A DNA stretch of 64,000 nucleotides from NCBI RefSeq assembly GCF_964204645.1, contig NC_134026.1, positions 23,160,150-23,224,149 of the forward strand, read 5' to 3'. Positions 13,964-28,900 of this stretch are shown here, in pieces. The translations under genes were made by a program, and so were the position numbers. This DNA is from Tubulanus polymorphus (Eukaryota > Animalia > Nemertea). Each line of letters begins with the position of its first letter. Positions within the stretch are counted from its first letter, which is position 1. The notes beneath the pieces were generated by a model, which saw nothing but the letters and a program-made list of their open reading frames with translations, was not told the DNA's origin and made no database searches.

Positions 13964-16900
13964 TTGAAGATGTTTTTTGACTTTTTGACTTTAAAGATGT
14001 TCTTCAAATCTGCTTTCTAATTTTTATAGACCCTAGCCAATGATTTAGTGGCCCATCAGGCAGACCTACGTTATACATCAATGACATCTCAGAGGTTAGC
14101 TGGCTTGATGAAAGAAAACACACGAGATTTAGAGAAATTTAGGTCAAAAGTGCAACCAACTGGAAAATCACCCTCTGAAGACAGAGAGCCAAGTGATTCA
14201 AAAGAAAAAGTGGATAAGATCAGTGAAAGGTAAGTTTTTAATGTTAGGTTAGATATTTGCTGAATATCTTGCATGATGACATATTTGAAGCACTGGATCT
14301 CCTTTCAGATTTCAAGATCTTCAGTCACGTACTTCCAAATTACAAGATCATCTGACTGATGCTGTTAGTAATCAAAAGGCATATACTGATAGTATTGGAA
14401 TGATGCATAATTGGTTGTCACAGGCTGAAACAGAACTCAATTCCCTGCAACAGGAAACTATCAAATCAAATCCGAATCAAATACAGGGACAATTAGAAAA
14501 GGTAAAAGGTTTCAACACGGTGGCTATTGCTCAAACAAAAACATTAGATGATTTGAAAAAAGGTAGTGATGATCTTTGTGAAAGTCTTAGTGCTCTTGGT
14601 GCCGATGATGCACATTTGGAACAGATAGTACGTCCAGTTGAGGAGTTAGCTAACAGATTTGATAGAATAACTAATGGCGCGCAGGAAAAGGCTAATGACC
14701 TCCAGACGGCTGTTGTTCAGTCTCAAGGGGTAAGCGGAGGAATGGATAATATGCTGTCTTGGTTGCATGATGTCCAAAATACGCTTAGCCACCAACGCCC
14801 TGTTAGTCTCAATAGAGAAATCCTTACAGATCAGGACCAACAACTCAAAGTGCTGGAAGCAGATATTGTGAGTCGACAGACAGGATTACAGGCAATCAAT
14901 GTGTCAGCAAAAGAAATGATTGCATCATCTCAACCTAAACAGGCTGATGAGATACAACAAAAATTAGACAATATTAATAAACAGTATGCAGATATTGGTG
15001 AGCAAACTGCAACACGCCGGGATGAAATTGATGAGACTTCAGATAAATTGAACAAATTCAGTGATGCTGTCAGAGCTGTTAATAATTGGTTAGTGCCAAC
15101 AATAATTTTACTTGATTCAAAGGATTTGATGGAGTCAGACAATGTAGTACTATGTAATAAGCTTGCTGAGATATCTGATCAATGCACGACCAAGGCAGAT
15201 GATATCGCTGTCATAAAAGGATTAGCTGATGAACTTACTGAAAATCCTCATACTGGCGATCCAGTAAGTGTAGCAGACACACTTAAAAGCTTGGATGCAG
15301 ATTGGCAGTTAATGGTTAGAAAATTAGACAAATGTCAGACTGAAGCGACCCAACGAAAAGAACATGGAAATAAATTTGAAGTCACAAGTGATGATGTAAA
15401 GCAGTGGTTGGAAAGAATGGAAATGAAATTGGATGATCTGCAACCAGTTGCTGTTGATGTAGAAGTGATAGGCAAACAGATAGAAGAGTTGCAAGTATGT
15501 AAAAATTTATGTTTCATCAAAGCGCAGTAGATGTTATATTTCCCATTCTTTTGAAGAATCAGGACCACAATCACACAGTTCACATTCAATTTTGATGAAC
15601 TTTGTTCTTATAGCCTATGTTGACAGAATATGAGGAGTTTGGTGTTAAGATTGATGAATTGAATGATGTGGGTGCTGCGTGTGAAATGCTTCATTCAGGA
15701 GAAGCGTCTGGCTCCATGAGACGCCCCAGCCGAGGTAAACTGAATGTCAGCTTTATGTGTTTTCCTGTTCATTTGCTTCAGTAGCTTAGAATTCATTTCC
15801 TGGGTTCTTTGGATATTCTTGGGAGTTTATGATATCCAATTAATTGAAGCTAGGAATAATCTGAAATATTTACCTGTTTTATGTAGTGGTTAAGACAGGG
15901 CTAGTTAATAGAAAACATAGATTTGGACATGTTCGGGTTGTTAAGCTAACAGTGGTCGCAAATGACACTCAGCTGAACCTACATATTGGCTCTCAAAATT
16001 AGATCTTAATGGAAGTTGTTGGTACACTGTCCTCCACATGCCTTTACAATATCACAACTAAATGAATATTATGTATATTCTATGTAATTTAATTCTAAAG
16101 TATTTAGCTACTAAATCTTAGAAGCAGATCTCTTAACAAAGCAGAAGTTATGCATCAGACAATTTTAGATTAGAGCTATCTTGCATTTCAAGAACTTTTT
16201 CAGGTCCCCGATACACTATAGTATACAAGGAGTGATAATAGAGTTTCTAAATTGCTGGAAAGGAAACATACATCATAGATATATATTCAAACTCTTCATA
16301 ACGTTATTTCAATCATTGGTTGATAATGGTTTTCTTTCAAACTCTACATCACTCCACTTAAATGCTTTTTTGCTGGTTGCTATTTCATGCTGCGTGTTGC
16401 TTGTTTTCCTGGGTTTAGGCACTAGGTCTGCCAAGGTTCCATCGCCTACCAAAGCTTCCTCACCATCCAGTCTTGTTAGTCCTCTCTCCAGTGAGTCTAG
16501 TGGTATTGGCAGTCGCAAGAGCTCTGCAGATAACCTTTTGCTCCTAGACAATGGTAAGGCTATGGGTTCATTTATCCTATGTAATGTGGGTTTTAGTTTT
16601 ACGTAGTTGTACATTTAAGTTTCGTTAAGGCTTGGAATACTTAACTTGTTTATAACGATTTAGAACTATTTATAATCTTAAAGAACAAACTAAGAAAAGA
16701 TCACTTTTTGCAATTCAATGTACATGTATAGATAAATGCAATTTGTAATAGCTTTCTAGACTCATTTACAATTAGTGTTTTCATGCACCTTTCAAAACTT
16801 AGCCTTCTCTAATGTGAGCACCTTTTTGCTGTGACTGTCTTATGCATACACTAAGACTAATTAACTATAGATTATTTAAGAATGTTAAAATTGTTTTATC

Positions 16901-19900
16901 ATTTTGCATGATAGATTATAATTTCTTTATTTGTTTCTGATCAACAAAAAAATATGCCTTATTGTAAAACAACTTACCTTTACAGACATGTCAGTAATCC
17001 AGCAGGATGTGTTAGACATCAATGGACGATATGACCTTATTGGAGACCGGTTGACAGATCGACAGAATGACTTAAGTGCAACATTGGAAAATGTAAAAAC
17101 ATACCTCGAAGATGTTCAGAACATGTTGACATGGCTCGATGAGAAAGAAAAAGCCACCCCAGAGATAGATACTTTACCTAGTAATGTGGAAGAAGCTGAA
17201 AATAAGCTCAAGATACATGAGGATTTCCATGATGAATTAATTGAAAAGGAGGATCTGGTAGATGGCATTCGCCATAAAGCTGAACAATTACTGAAAAACA
17301 AGCCAAACGTTCCTGGAAATATTGATGTGCAGGATCAACTCAAACAATTAGGTATGTTAGGAAATTAGAATTTGAAAAAAGTCTATTTCTTGATAAAATC
17401 CCAACTATTGATTTGTATAACGCAGAAACTAAGTGGAATGAATTAAAGACTGTGTCTGAGCAGCGACGTGATTCATTAATGGACACTGTTGACAACCTGA
17501 AAGATCTGAAAGATGGCAATGAGCGGTTGAAGTTGTGGTTATCTCAGAAGGAGAAGATGCTTACTGTACTCGGAGAAATAGCTTCAAATCCTAAGACTGC
17601 AAAGAGTCAACTAGAACAAGTTCAGGTAGCAATGATAAGCTTGTAACTTAAAGATTAGACAATATTACATTTTCATGTATGGATTTGACGTTCATTTGTA
17701 ATTTTAAGGTTCTTCTTGATGAGTTCTCTGGAATGCAAGAGCAGTATGAGAATTTCACACAACTCGGAAATATGCTGCTTGACCGATGCGATCCAAGCTC
17801 AGGTGATGCTGCAGAGATTAGGGCAAAACTTCAGGATGTTGTGTGTAACTGGGAGAAGATTTATGCCCAGCTGAAAGAGCGTGATCAAAGTTTGCGAAAT
17901 CTGCTTGGTCCTAGTTCAGTATTCTTTGATACTCTTGATAAACTGAATGGAATCATGTCAACATTAGCGGACAAGTTGATTGATATGCCACCAGTTTCCA
18001 GGAAGCCTGATGAAATTCAAGAACTCAAAAATCATATCACGGTAAGACATATATTTTCTAACTTGATTGATTTTTAGGAACAACTGTGTGCAGTATAAAT
18101 TGTTCTGCCATATGCTAGTGAGTCTTTGGGAAAGCCCATCACTATCTATATATCATCAGAGTTGAACATGCTTACTACACAGTGCACCATGATTTAATCT
18201 TTATCAGCTGTTTATACGTTATTGCAAATTTGAGACAATGGTCCATGGTCCTTTATTTTCATTTGAAATCTGAGGAACATTTATGTATTATGTTTTAAAG
18301 GAAATGGAAAAGGATGCTGAAGAATTCAAACGTATCCTAGAGCGAGCTAAGACACAACGAGATGAGTTGTGTGATGCGACCAATGATTCAACTGTCAAAT
18401 TCGATCTGAAAAATAAGCTGTCAAACATCGAGCGTCCATTTAATGACATGGTTAAGCAAATTGGTAAGTTTATATAAAATTGTTATCTATTTTTTTATGA
18501 TAATTTACTTTCATGAATATACATTTCGTTATCAAGGTCTGGCTAAAACTGAGGTTGAAGGTGTTGAGAGAGAGAGCAGTGAATTTGATGAAAAACTCAA
18601 TTCATTATTGTCTGGGCTGGATGACACACAACAATGTCTGAATATTATGGAACCTATCTCCTGTGTGAAGGACAAATTACGCTTCCAAATCGGACAGGTT
18701 GAAGTACGTAAACTTAGCTCATTTTATATATCTATAATTTTGAAGTTTAAGTTTTTGGGATTCCTATTACTACACTGTTCCATCGTTTATAAAAGTAGAG
18801 CTAATGTTGGTATTTTTCAGGAACTAGATAACAAAATTGCACAGAATGAATTTGACATCAAAAAGATATTGGAGAAAGGTGAACAGCTGATTGATGGATC
18901 TGATAATGAAACCGATTTCGAAAAGAAATTAAGGGCTCTCGAAACTGAATCTCACCAGGTACAAGGATCTGTTGCTGATAAGCTCGGGCAGCTGAGGAAT
19001 TGCATGGACCTAGCCCAGAAATTCAATACCAATGCTGACAACATCTCTGCATGGCTTCAAGTAAAAGAAGACCATTTGTCAAATATGGCACCACTGTCAT
19101 TCAAAAAGGATAGTGTGGCCAAACAAATGAAAGATACACAGGCCTTCCAAAATGAAATTGTATGGAAATCATCTGATGTAAATGGTTTGAACCAGGTCAG
19201 CAAAAATCTTTTGGATGCCAGCGAGGCAGATCACATAGTAGTCCAAGAAAAACTTGACAATATCAATAACCGATGGGAAAATTTATCTGCTGGTAAGGAC
19301 TTCGATGGTCAAATTACTAATGGACAAATGTTTTGATAGTAACATCTAATTGATCTTCCATTTTAGCTGTTGGTGATCGCATCAAACAACTTGAATCATC
19401 ATACCAAGGTTTACAGGATTATCAAGATGCTTTGCAGGATGTAAAACTAGCCCTCAAATCCCTTGATGACCGTCTTGATTCTTACAAATCACTGGTGATT
19501 GGGTCCAAAGAAAGCAAACATATAGATAAAGTAAAGGTAATCCATCTATTTGCAATTTGTATTCAACATATTTCTTTCACTTGATATGCTTTATGAAACA
19601 AGAGGTGCGAAGGGTATACCGTAATTTCCGGCCAATAAGTCGAGTTTCTATCCCCAAAATAGCATGATCGGCTTATTGGGCGGATACGATCTGAGATGAA
19701 TCTATGTCACTCTAATGCTCCCAAAGATCGTCAAAATCAAGAAGAGTGGTCTATATTTACAGCGGCAATGTTAAACATTTGTATATACACACATTAGCGG
19801 TGAGCCGCATTCATGCTTATTCATTTGTATATAAGCACAAAAGACAGTTTATCAGCTTCTTACATTGTCAACTAAGACATGCTAACTGACAAATCAGCGA

Positions 19901-22900
19901 ATTAAACTTGCTGATAGGGGCGAAGCTTTAAGAAAACCATGTATTTTAGGCTAAAAACTGCCCTCGGCTTATTGGGTGGTATATGTATTATAAGGTAGAA
20001 ATTGTCAGATTGTCAACCATTGAGGGAGCAAGTGGACATGGTGTCTCTGACACCCTAATTACCCTGATTGTGTGCATTCTTTTCACAGGGTCTTCAGGAT
20101 GAACTGCTGAATTTAAAGCCACAAATCGGTGATCTCCAATCAAAAGCCGATGCTGTAATATCATCTGCTCCTGATGGAAGTGATACTCAGCACATACAAT
20201 ATGAGGTGGACACTGTTTTGACAGATTATGGCAAACTTAATTCCGACATCGAAGCCCTCATCATTGAAATGGAAACTGGCTCTGCTATTATATCGGATTA
20301 TCAGGTACCTTATCATCGTTTCCCTGAAAGGACAAATGAATGATTTAAGAATTAAGACTTGCAGTAACATGAAAATTTGTCAAATGAAATTATGAATTGG
20401 ACTTCTTTGCAGCAATCAGTGCATGACTTCTCAGATAAGTTATCTTCCCTAGAAGATAATGTCAACAAGCAGTCACCAATCAGTCGTAATTTAGACACAT
20501 TGAAACAACAACTTGAGGAAACAGAGGTTTGTACATGATATTAGATTTTTTTCATGACTCATTCTGGAAAGACTGCTGTATTCTGGTATTTTCAGGAACT
20601 CATTGACACCTTAAAGGATAGAAAAACTGAAATGAAACATTTAGAACAAAGGTTGAAGGACCTAGTTCAACGAGGAGTCATTGCTGACCCTACAATTTTC
20701 AGCAACCAATTAGACAATCTTCGACATCAACATGATAAGCTTCAAAGTCAAATAGTTAAGCATAAAGATGATAAACAGTCAGCTCTCGATAAGACTCAAG
20801 CATTTTATGATAAGTTAGAGGCTGTTAATGATTCTATTACGAAAGCACTGGATGAGGAAAATGCACTACCTCCTGTTGGTGGAGACGAAGACAAAGTCAT
20901 ACAACTTCAGGCTGATTTCAAGGTTATTATTATCAAGAGTTTTAAATTCAGAGTTATAGGGCAAAAGATTTCTTAGATTTATGTGTTTATTCAAAATTTT
21001 ATAAAACTATTTTAGGCATTCACAAAGGATGTAGTTGATCCAATACAAAGACATATTGAAGACCTCACTAAAGCTGGCAACAGTCTGTTACAAACTGCAC
21101 CACCAGGAGTAAACACTAACAGATTGGAAACAGATTTAGATGAGATTAATCAGAAATGGGATGATCTCAATCGAAAGGTATATATGATATACAGTATTTG
21201 TCTGTTATGGACACATTTTACTTCATCTTTCTACATTGAAAGTATTGGCACTAAAAATGATGCGTGCATCATAGGTTTCTGCAAGAGAAGCTAAATTGGA
21301 CACTGCACTTCTGCAATCCGGAAAATTGAAAGATGCATTATCAAACATGATGGAATGGTTAGCAGATACTGAAGAATTGACTTCCAAACAGCGTCCTCCA
21401 TCATCAGACTTCCAGGTTATTAAAGCACAAGTTCAAGAACAGAAGGTAAATAAACGATTGTATTTGCATAAGAGTCGCAAACAATTTATTTTACAGTTTA
21501 TGTTTATATATTTGACATTTTATTCATGTTTTTCTAGTTCCTTCAACGCATGTTATCAGATCGATCATCAAGTGTCGAATCTCTGCATGACATGGCAGCT
21601 CAACTTGCAAATGAGTGCACTGACCCACACGAAAGAGATGCCATCCAAGTACAAATAGCTGACATGGAAAAACGTTGGGATGTTATGACGACATCTGCTG
21701 ATGACCGCGAAAGAGAACTCATTGAAATCATGGGTGTATCCAAGGAATTCCGTGACAAGCTACAACCGATTATCGAATGGCTTGACAAGACAGAAAAGAG
21801 GTTGCATGAATTTGATTCTATCAGCACTGATCCTGAAACATTACAGGAGCAAATTGATGAACATAAGGTGAGAATGAATCTGTCATCAGATTTAGCAACT
21901 TCTTTTTGCTGTCTTTATTATTTTAGTTATTGTGTAGATTATATATAGTTCAGCAATTGCTAATGCTTATTTTGAGTTATGTAGTTGCATTCTAATCCTT
22001 ACTGTGGTTGTTTCTTAGTTAGCAAACCTTCCTGAAATCCTACCTCTAGTCCCAGCAATGGTGAGAAAGGTCATTCTCTCTTGATGTTGAATTCTCAGTC
22101 TTATCAGTCAAATTTAAGAAAAATAACTGGAGCGAGCATATCTTTTTATCCATAAATTGTATTTCTATCATTTGCAATAGCTTAGTTTATCTGTTAATTC
22201 TATTTGACTGCTAAGCAGAGAATGCTTTACAAAATTTGTTAGTTAACTTTTGTTCCCATTGCTTCATTTGTTGTTAGTTTTTTTGTTTTAGTTAATGTGT
22301 TTATATTTCCGCTCACTTCTAACAGGAGCTTATTGATCAAATCACTACGACTGCTTCGCTACTGGCACAAGCAGATATAGTGTGTCAGGAACTTGCCAAT
22401 AGGGTGGGACTAGACGAAGCTGCCAAGACTGTAGGCATTTTAGCAAATGCTAAGGATCGGTTTGAACATGTGTGCATTGAATTAAAAAGATCATTAGATC
22501 AGTTGGAAACTGTTGATGCAGAGCTTATAGAATTCAGAGAGGATTTGGAAGATTGCCAGGATTGGCTGAATGAAACCGATTTTCAAATAGCTGAGAATAG
22601 TGCTGAATGTTCACTGGCAGATATCAACAGTATAACAGCAAGACATGCATCTATAATGGTATTTGATGCGTCTTTAAACTAAGTTTAGCGTGGTAGCGTG
22701 GACACTCTAAGCACTTACTCTTTTAACACCCTGGCTTCTTGGCGCTATTCATGATATATATTCTACATATTCTATGTTTATAACACAATATGATAATGTT
22801 TGATCAGTGAGAATTTTCCAATAAATCATGTAAAGACTGGATTGTACTAGTCATTTTCCTATCTGATTTGCAATGATATCTTTTTTAGCCCACTTGAGAC

Positions 22901-25900
22901 TTAAATCCCAGTGGTTTATTGCATTCACTTTTCATCAATCCATAGATGGAATTCAGGTTTTCGAAAAAGTTTTGAAGGTGCTTCAATGAATTGTCTTGAT
23001 ATTTGTTTTATACTTGTATATACCCTAGACATACCTGCAAACCAAAGACAAGACAGACCCAATCGGATGACCAACTGGCGGCCACTGTTTTTTTTTGGCC
23101 AAAATCAGCACTTAATAAAGTTTTGAAGGGAAATCTTGAGATGCTCAAATCAATTTTTTTTGGTGTTTCATATGTGTATATATTCCTCAAGGGCCCATCA
23201 TCATAAGAAAAATTTGGTCAATCTGACATGATTGCCATCCTTTGACCTTTTTTATGCCAACCAATGTCATATATGCATATCTTTCCCCCATGCACGATTA
23301 ATTGTAAATTTGTAGCTCATTACATAATCTATGATTGTGGTTAGTTTCAAGGTCTTTGTTTTTTGTTTATGTTCAAATCAATTGCAACATTCCAGCTCCA
23401 ATTCCAATGACAAGTTCTATGATTGTGGCGAGTTTCAAGCTCAATGATTACTGTATTTGTTCACAAGCGGGTGTTGAATATTGAAATTGTCAGATTGTTA
23501 AGCATTTGCCAATGGGCATGGTGTTCTCTAGTTGGATTTGCGGCTATATAATGTATATTTATGATTCTTGACAGCATGTTTTAATTACTATTATGAAAGC
23601 AAGAAATTAAGCAACCTGGTTTTAAAGAGGATGATGTAGGAAGTGCTTTTCTAATACATGCCATATTCATTTAAGGCTGACTATCTACACTAAAAGTTTT
23701 TTTCTGTTAACAGATAATTCAAACACAAAACACTGATTTTTGGGATATGTCATACAATATATATAATGTTCACTTGCATGGTTTGCACTCTTCATAACTC
23801 GAACTTCTTTATAAAATACCATGATTTGTTGTTGCAATACAAATAAAAATTATCACCGGATATCTCAATTATGCTATTGATAATGCATTATTAAACAATA
23901 ATTGTCATCTTTATCTGGACTATATGCATTTGTTCTTCAATACTATTTTTGTTTCGTCTACTAGGTTTTGAACGTTGAGATTGGGCAACATAAGCAAGAT
24001 ATTGATGATCTTGTGCTCAAAGGACAGGAACTGATCAAGCACACTAAAGGTATTTTCATTTAAATTTCTACTGTCTACGAATTCCTAATTGCCATCCACA
24101 TTCATTTTTATATCACTGAATTTTATTAGGCAAAGATGCACAAGAAATCATTGATAAGGTTGAAGATATCAAGAAAAGATACGAATTGCTGAATACAAGT
24201 AGTAATGAGGGTTTGCAAAATATGGAAGAAGCTATGCCAATGGCTATCAAGTTCCATGAAGCACACGGAAAGTTGATGAATTGGATGCAACATGTTGAAC
24301 CAACATTGAAAAGTAAAGATCCGCCAACACCTGAATTAGAAAAAAGTATTCAGGTAGGAAAAGCTCTAACCTACATTCATTATTTATGGAAAAAATATTA
24401 TAATACATGTATCGTTATCGTTCTTTGTTGTAGAAAATGCAAGAAGAATTGGTAGAATTACGTCCACTTCTAAACATTTTGAATCAGGAAGCTCCCCACT
24501 TGACAATCATGGCCACTAATGCTGGAGCAGCAAAAATTGGAGAGATTGTGGCTAAAGATAATGAGAAATTTGAAACATTAAGTGAACAGATAAAAGAGCG
24601 AGTTGAGAAGATACACTCATCAAAACAAATGTCAGAAGATATTTCAAATGATGTTGATAATTTGGAAAATTGGTTTGACAGTGCAAAACAACAACTAGAC
24701 GGTGCTGATCCTCTAAGTTCTGATGCTAGTACATTAGATTCTCAGTTGAAAGAACAGAAGGACCTCAATGAAGATATCATGAAACATAAAAATCAAGTTC
24801 GTGAGATATTAGCAGCTATGAAGAAGTTACTCCGAGAATCACCAGATAAAGAAGATCTTGCCCTGAGAAATAAAGTTGACGCTTTGAAAGATAAAGCAGA
24901 TACAGTGTCTAAACAAAGTTATAACAGGTTGAATAATATGGAACAGGCACTGCCCCTAGCCAAGGATTTCCATGAAGCTCATGTTGATTTGGTAAAATGG
25001 TTATTGCAAACTGAACCAATGGTTCATGAAGAAGATTTACTAGCCAGTAGTCCAGAACAACTAAAGAAACAACAGGAAACCTTGAGGGTAAGCTGTCTTG
25101 ATTTCAAATTTGCCTTGCTATACCAACATATTGTCTAATGTAATATACACAGGTTTATTTCTATATGAATATCAGCCACAATTGTGTCAAATTTAGTTCT
25201 TAAGATGTTATTGAGATGTGTATGTTCCTTAAAAGGTTATGAAGCATGAACTATCTGATGTCAAACCCTTAATTGACAAGTTGACCAAGACTGGGCCTGC
25301 TCTTGCAAATCTGTTGGATCCTGATGAAGCAGCACATGTGCAAGCTGTTGTTGCCAGTGATTGCCAGCGATACACTGCCATTCATGACTTTGTTCGCAAT
25401 CAAGCGGATAATGTTGAAGAGGCTTTGACACAGTCAGCTGAGGTTAGTAATGAAAAAAGAATATTTACTGAAATGAAATATGAATATGCTTTGATATCTC
25501 ATTGATAATCTACTTAATCATGCCTTTGTAGTTCTCTGACAAGTTGGAGGTTATGATGGAAACAATGCAGCAGACAGCTGATCAAGTTGAAAAAGCAGAA
25601 CCGATTTCTGCTCATCCCGACAAACTTAGGGATCAAATTGCTGAAAACAAGGTTAGCATGTGCAAAATATCAAATCATTGAGCTAATTTGTTTTTGAGAT
25701 TTTTTCATTTCACAAAATTGTGCTTTATTTTATAGCGCATCATTGAAGATCTAGATAAACGAATGAAGGCCTTGGAAAAAGTAAAAGCTGCTGCAGATGA
25801 CCTTTTGGAGCAAGCAAATACCCATGAAGATGATGAAGCAGCTAAAGGTGTGTACATGTATCTAAATTGAATTTCATTGTACATTGTTTTCATTTTCTAC

Positions 25901-28900
25901 ATCTTTTTTATCACTTGGTTGTGATTATTTTGCTCCATTATAGAAGTAAAACAGAAGGTTGATGAACTCATGAAGGTCTGGCAAAACCTACGTGCTGCTA
26001 CTTTGCAACGCAACAAACAACTTGAAGATACTCTTGATGTTTCGGAAAAGTTTTGGGATGATGTCACGGGTCTTATGAACACAATCAAGGACCTACAAGA
26101 AACTCTAACAAATGCTGAACCACCAGGTGTCGAGCCGAAGTCAATTGCTAAACAGAAAGAGGTTCTTGATGCAATGAGAGATGATTTAGAGACATCAGCT
26201 GCTGATATTCAACAAGCCAAGCAGATTGGAGCTGATCTAATGAAGTTATGTGGGGATTCAGATAGACCTGATGTCAAGAAAAACATAGATGATCTTGATA
26301 CCCAGTTTGAGACTGTACGTGACCAGTGGGCTGAAAGGCAACGCATGCTCGATGAAACACTACAAAAAGCCAAAGATTTCCAGGATGAACTTATGGTAGG
26401 TTGTTGATTCTAAGAACTCATATTAAAAAATCGCATGGTCAAAGGTCAACAAGGTTCATGTTCCTATATTTTGTTTGCAGCGTTTGTTGGTGTGGTTGCA
26501 AAAAGTAGAAACTGAATTCTCAGGTATGGGACCAATTGGCACAGATACTGATACAGTTATGCAACAACTTGAGGAATTGAAAATCTTCAAAGACCATATT
26601 GACCCGGTCCATCTTGATATAGAAACTCTCAATCAAACGGCCAATGAATTGTCCTTGGATAGCCCTTCAGACCAAGCGAAATTAATACTCGAACCTATGC
26701 AGGATCTTTCTGGCCGATGGGACAAATTGATGGCATCAGTCGCAGACCGGAAGGTGAATGAACATTTGCTTATGTGTCTTTGTAGCATTTATTATCTTTC
26801 AAGAATTCTACTACCATTTACATGTATATTTTTTCTATAGCAAAAACTTCAAACCGCATTGTTGAGTTTGGGGCAATTCCAGCATGCATTAGAAGAATTG
26901 TTGAAGTGGATGAGTAACACTGAGAATGCACTTGACAATTTGAAGGAAATATTTGGCGATGTGAAGTCCATCGAAATTGAGATATCTAAGCATAAGGTAA
27001 AACCAGTACCACACTAGTTCATATGTAGATTATCAACTGTAACAGTTTTTTTAAATGGCTTTATAAAATCCTAGAAATGCATACATGGTCTTGGTGGAGG
27101 ATTCATATAGAGGCATGTTTAACTGTTCTTTGATGAAGGGACATGCTTTTGTATATCCATTCCTAAGACAGAAGCAACTTTCACAAGTTTTTAGTCCACT
27201 ATGGACTTAAGTCCCCACAGGCGTTCACCTTTCATTTCTTGTCCATCTATGTGATGGGTATACACTCAGAGTCTATTATAATGCCATCCTTTTTAATGCC
27301 ATTGCTTGTTTAATGCCAACATTTTTTCGGAGAACAAATTTGCCCAATCTAACTCAATGAAAATACCTTTGGACTTTGGACCTTAGGACTTTGACTGTAC
27401 TTTGGGAAGCAATCTTTCCACATTTTAGATTTTTTCTTCAATCAGTTTTTACCCAATTGGTGGCCATCTTAGTCTCATCAGTCCTCGTTTGTAAATGGGA
27501 GATGTTTTTGGAAGGAAATAACAGGTTTTAACTTATTAGCACTGTCATAGGACACACCAGGGGAGTTAGATTGATGCCTATGCATATTTTAAATTCATCC
27601 ACAAAATATGGTGACATTTGTTAACTAAGAATAAGACTATTTGCTTGGATGGGTGAAAGTGAAACATTGCTTCTTAAAAAGTACAAACCTCAGCAGCTTG
27701 ATTACATTATAACAACACCTTACCTATATAGTATTAGAAACCATTGAGTTTGTATTTATTTACTTAGCTTTGAACACAATGTTCCACAACTCACAATAGG
27801 TTTTGCTTGATAATATATTTATCAATCATGTGCCTTAACCTAGAGGCCAAGTTTTTATTCATTAACCCTTTTCTCTCACTTTGTTTTGCTCAATTTGTTT
27901 TTTCTGACAGCATATCCAATACGATGTCAAAGTACATGAAGTTAGCGTGTTAAATGTCCAACAAGCAGGCGATCAGGTTGCCATGACTTATTATCTATTA
28001 CGTTTATTCAGTACACACTACAGAATGAAAGTTAATTTTGGTGGCTGCTCTGGTGATGGCTTATCTCGATATATACTTCAATATAACGCTTATATTGGCG
28101 ACTATTACATATGTAACCTTTATTGGTAAAACAGTTGAATCATTGCATATTTAACAAAGCAACAACATTTATTCTAAAAAGACTGAAAAACTGAAACTTT
28201 AAAACTAAAATATATATTCATTAATTTCTAATCAAATCATGCATTTCATCAATTGTTGATCATGGAATTTGGTGTTGGTAGAAGTTTAACATGTACCTAT
28301 TCCTTGAATGCTTTAACAACATTGATTTATTGCCCCAGTTACATCAAATTAAAAATCACTGATTATAGACAAGTGTTTGATGCATGAATACTAATGCTAT
28401 ACATGTTCACTTCTTAAAGTCTTAATGTTATAATACACAATCTCACCCATATATCACACTCATTAACGTTTGCCTTTTCTGAATTCTGAAAATTTAAATT
28501 CAAAAGAAATTCAGCACAATTCCTAGATAATGAATTACATAAAAGTAGATTTTGTCAGCTGTGAATGTATTTTTTTATTAACTTAACTCCTGAGTATTCT
28601 GTTTATCATATAGATCCTTTGCAATGATGTGCAGAGTCATCAGGCTAGTTTTAATACAGTAAATGATGCCGGTAAAAGTGTTATCTCAAGTGAAGGAGGT
28701 GTCGATGCTGTAGAAACTAGGGATAAATTGGAACGTATGAATAAACAATGGGGACAAATTCTAACAAAACTGGCTAACAAGCAGATTGTTCTTCAAGAGG
28801 CCTTGAAAGAGGTAAAGAAACAATATATTACCTGTCTCCCCTTTACTGTTTGCTTAATGCTTACCCCAGGAAGACATACGTGGCATTGCCACATTCTAGT

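Noticed and set aside
19998-23530. Short dispersed similarity (GAAATTGTCAGATTGT..CATGGTGT) at ~19998 and ~23483
   Set aside because: About 45 bp and degenerate, most likely fragments of an old repeat with no interpretable structure.
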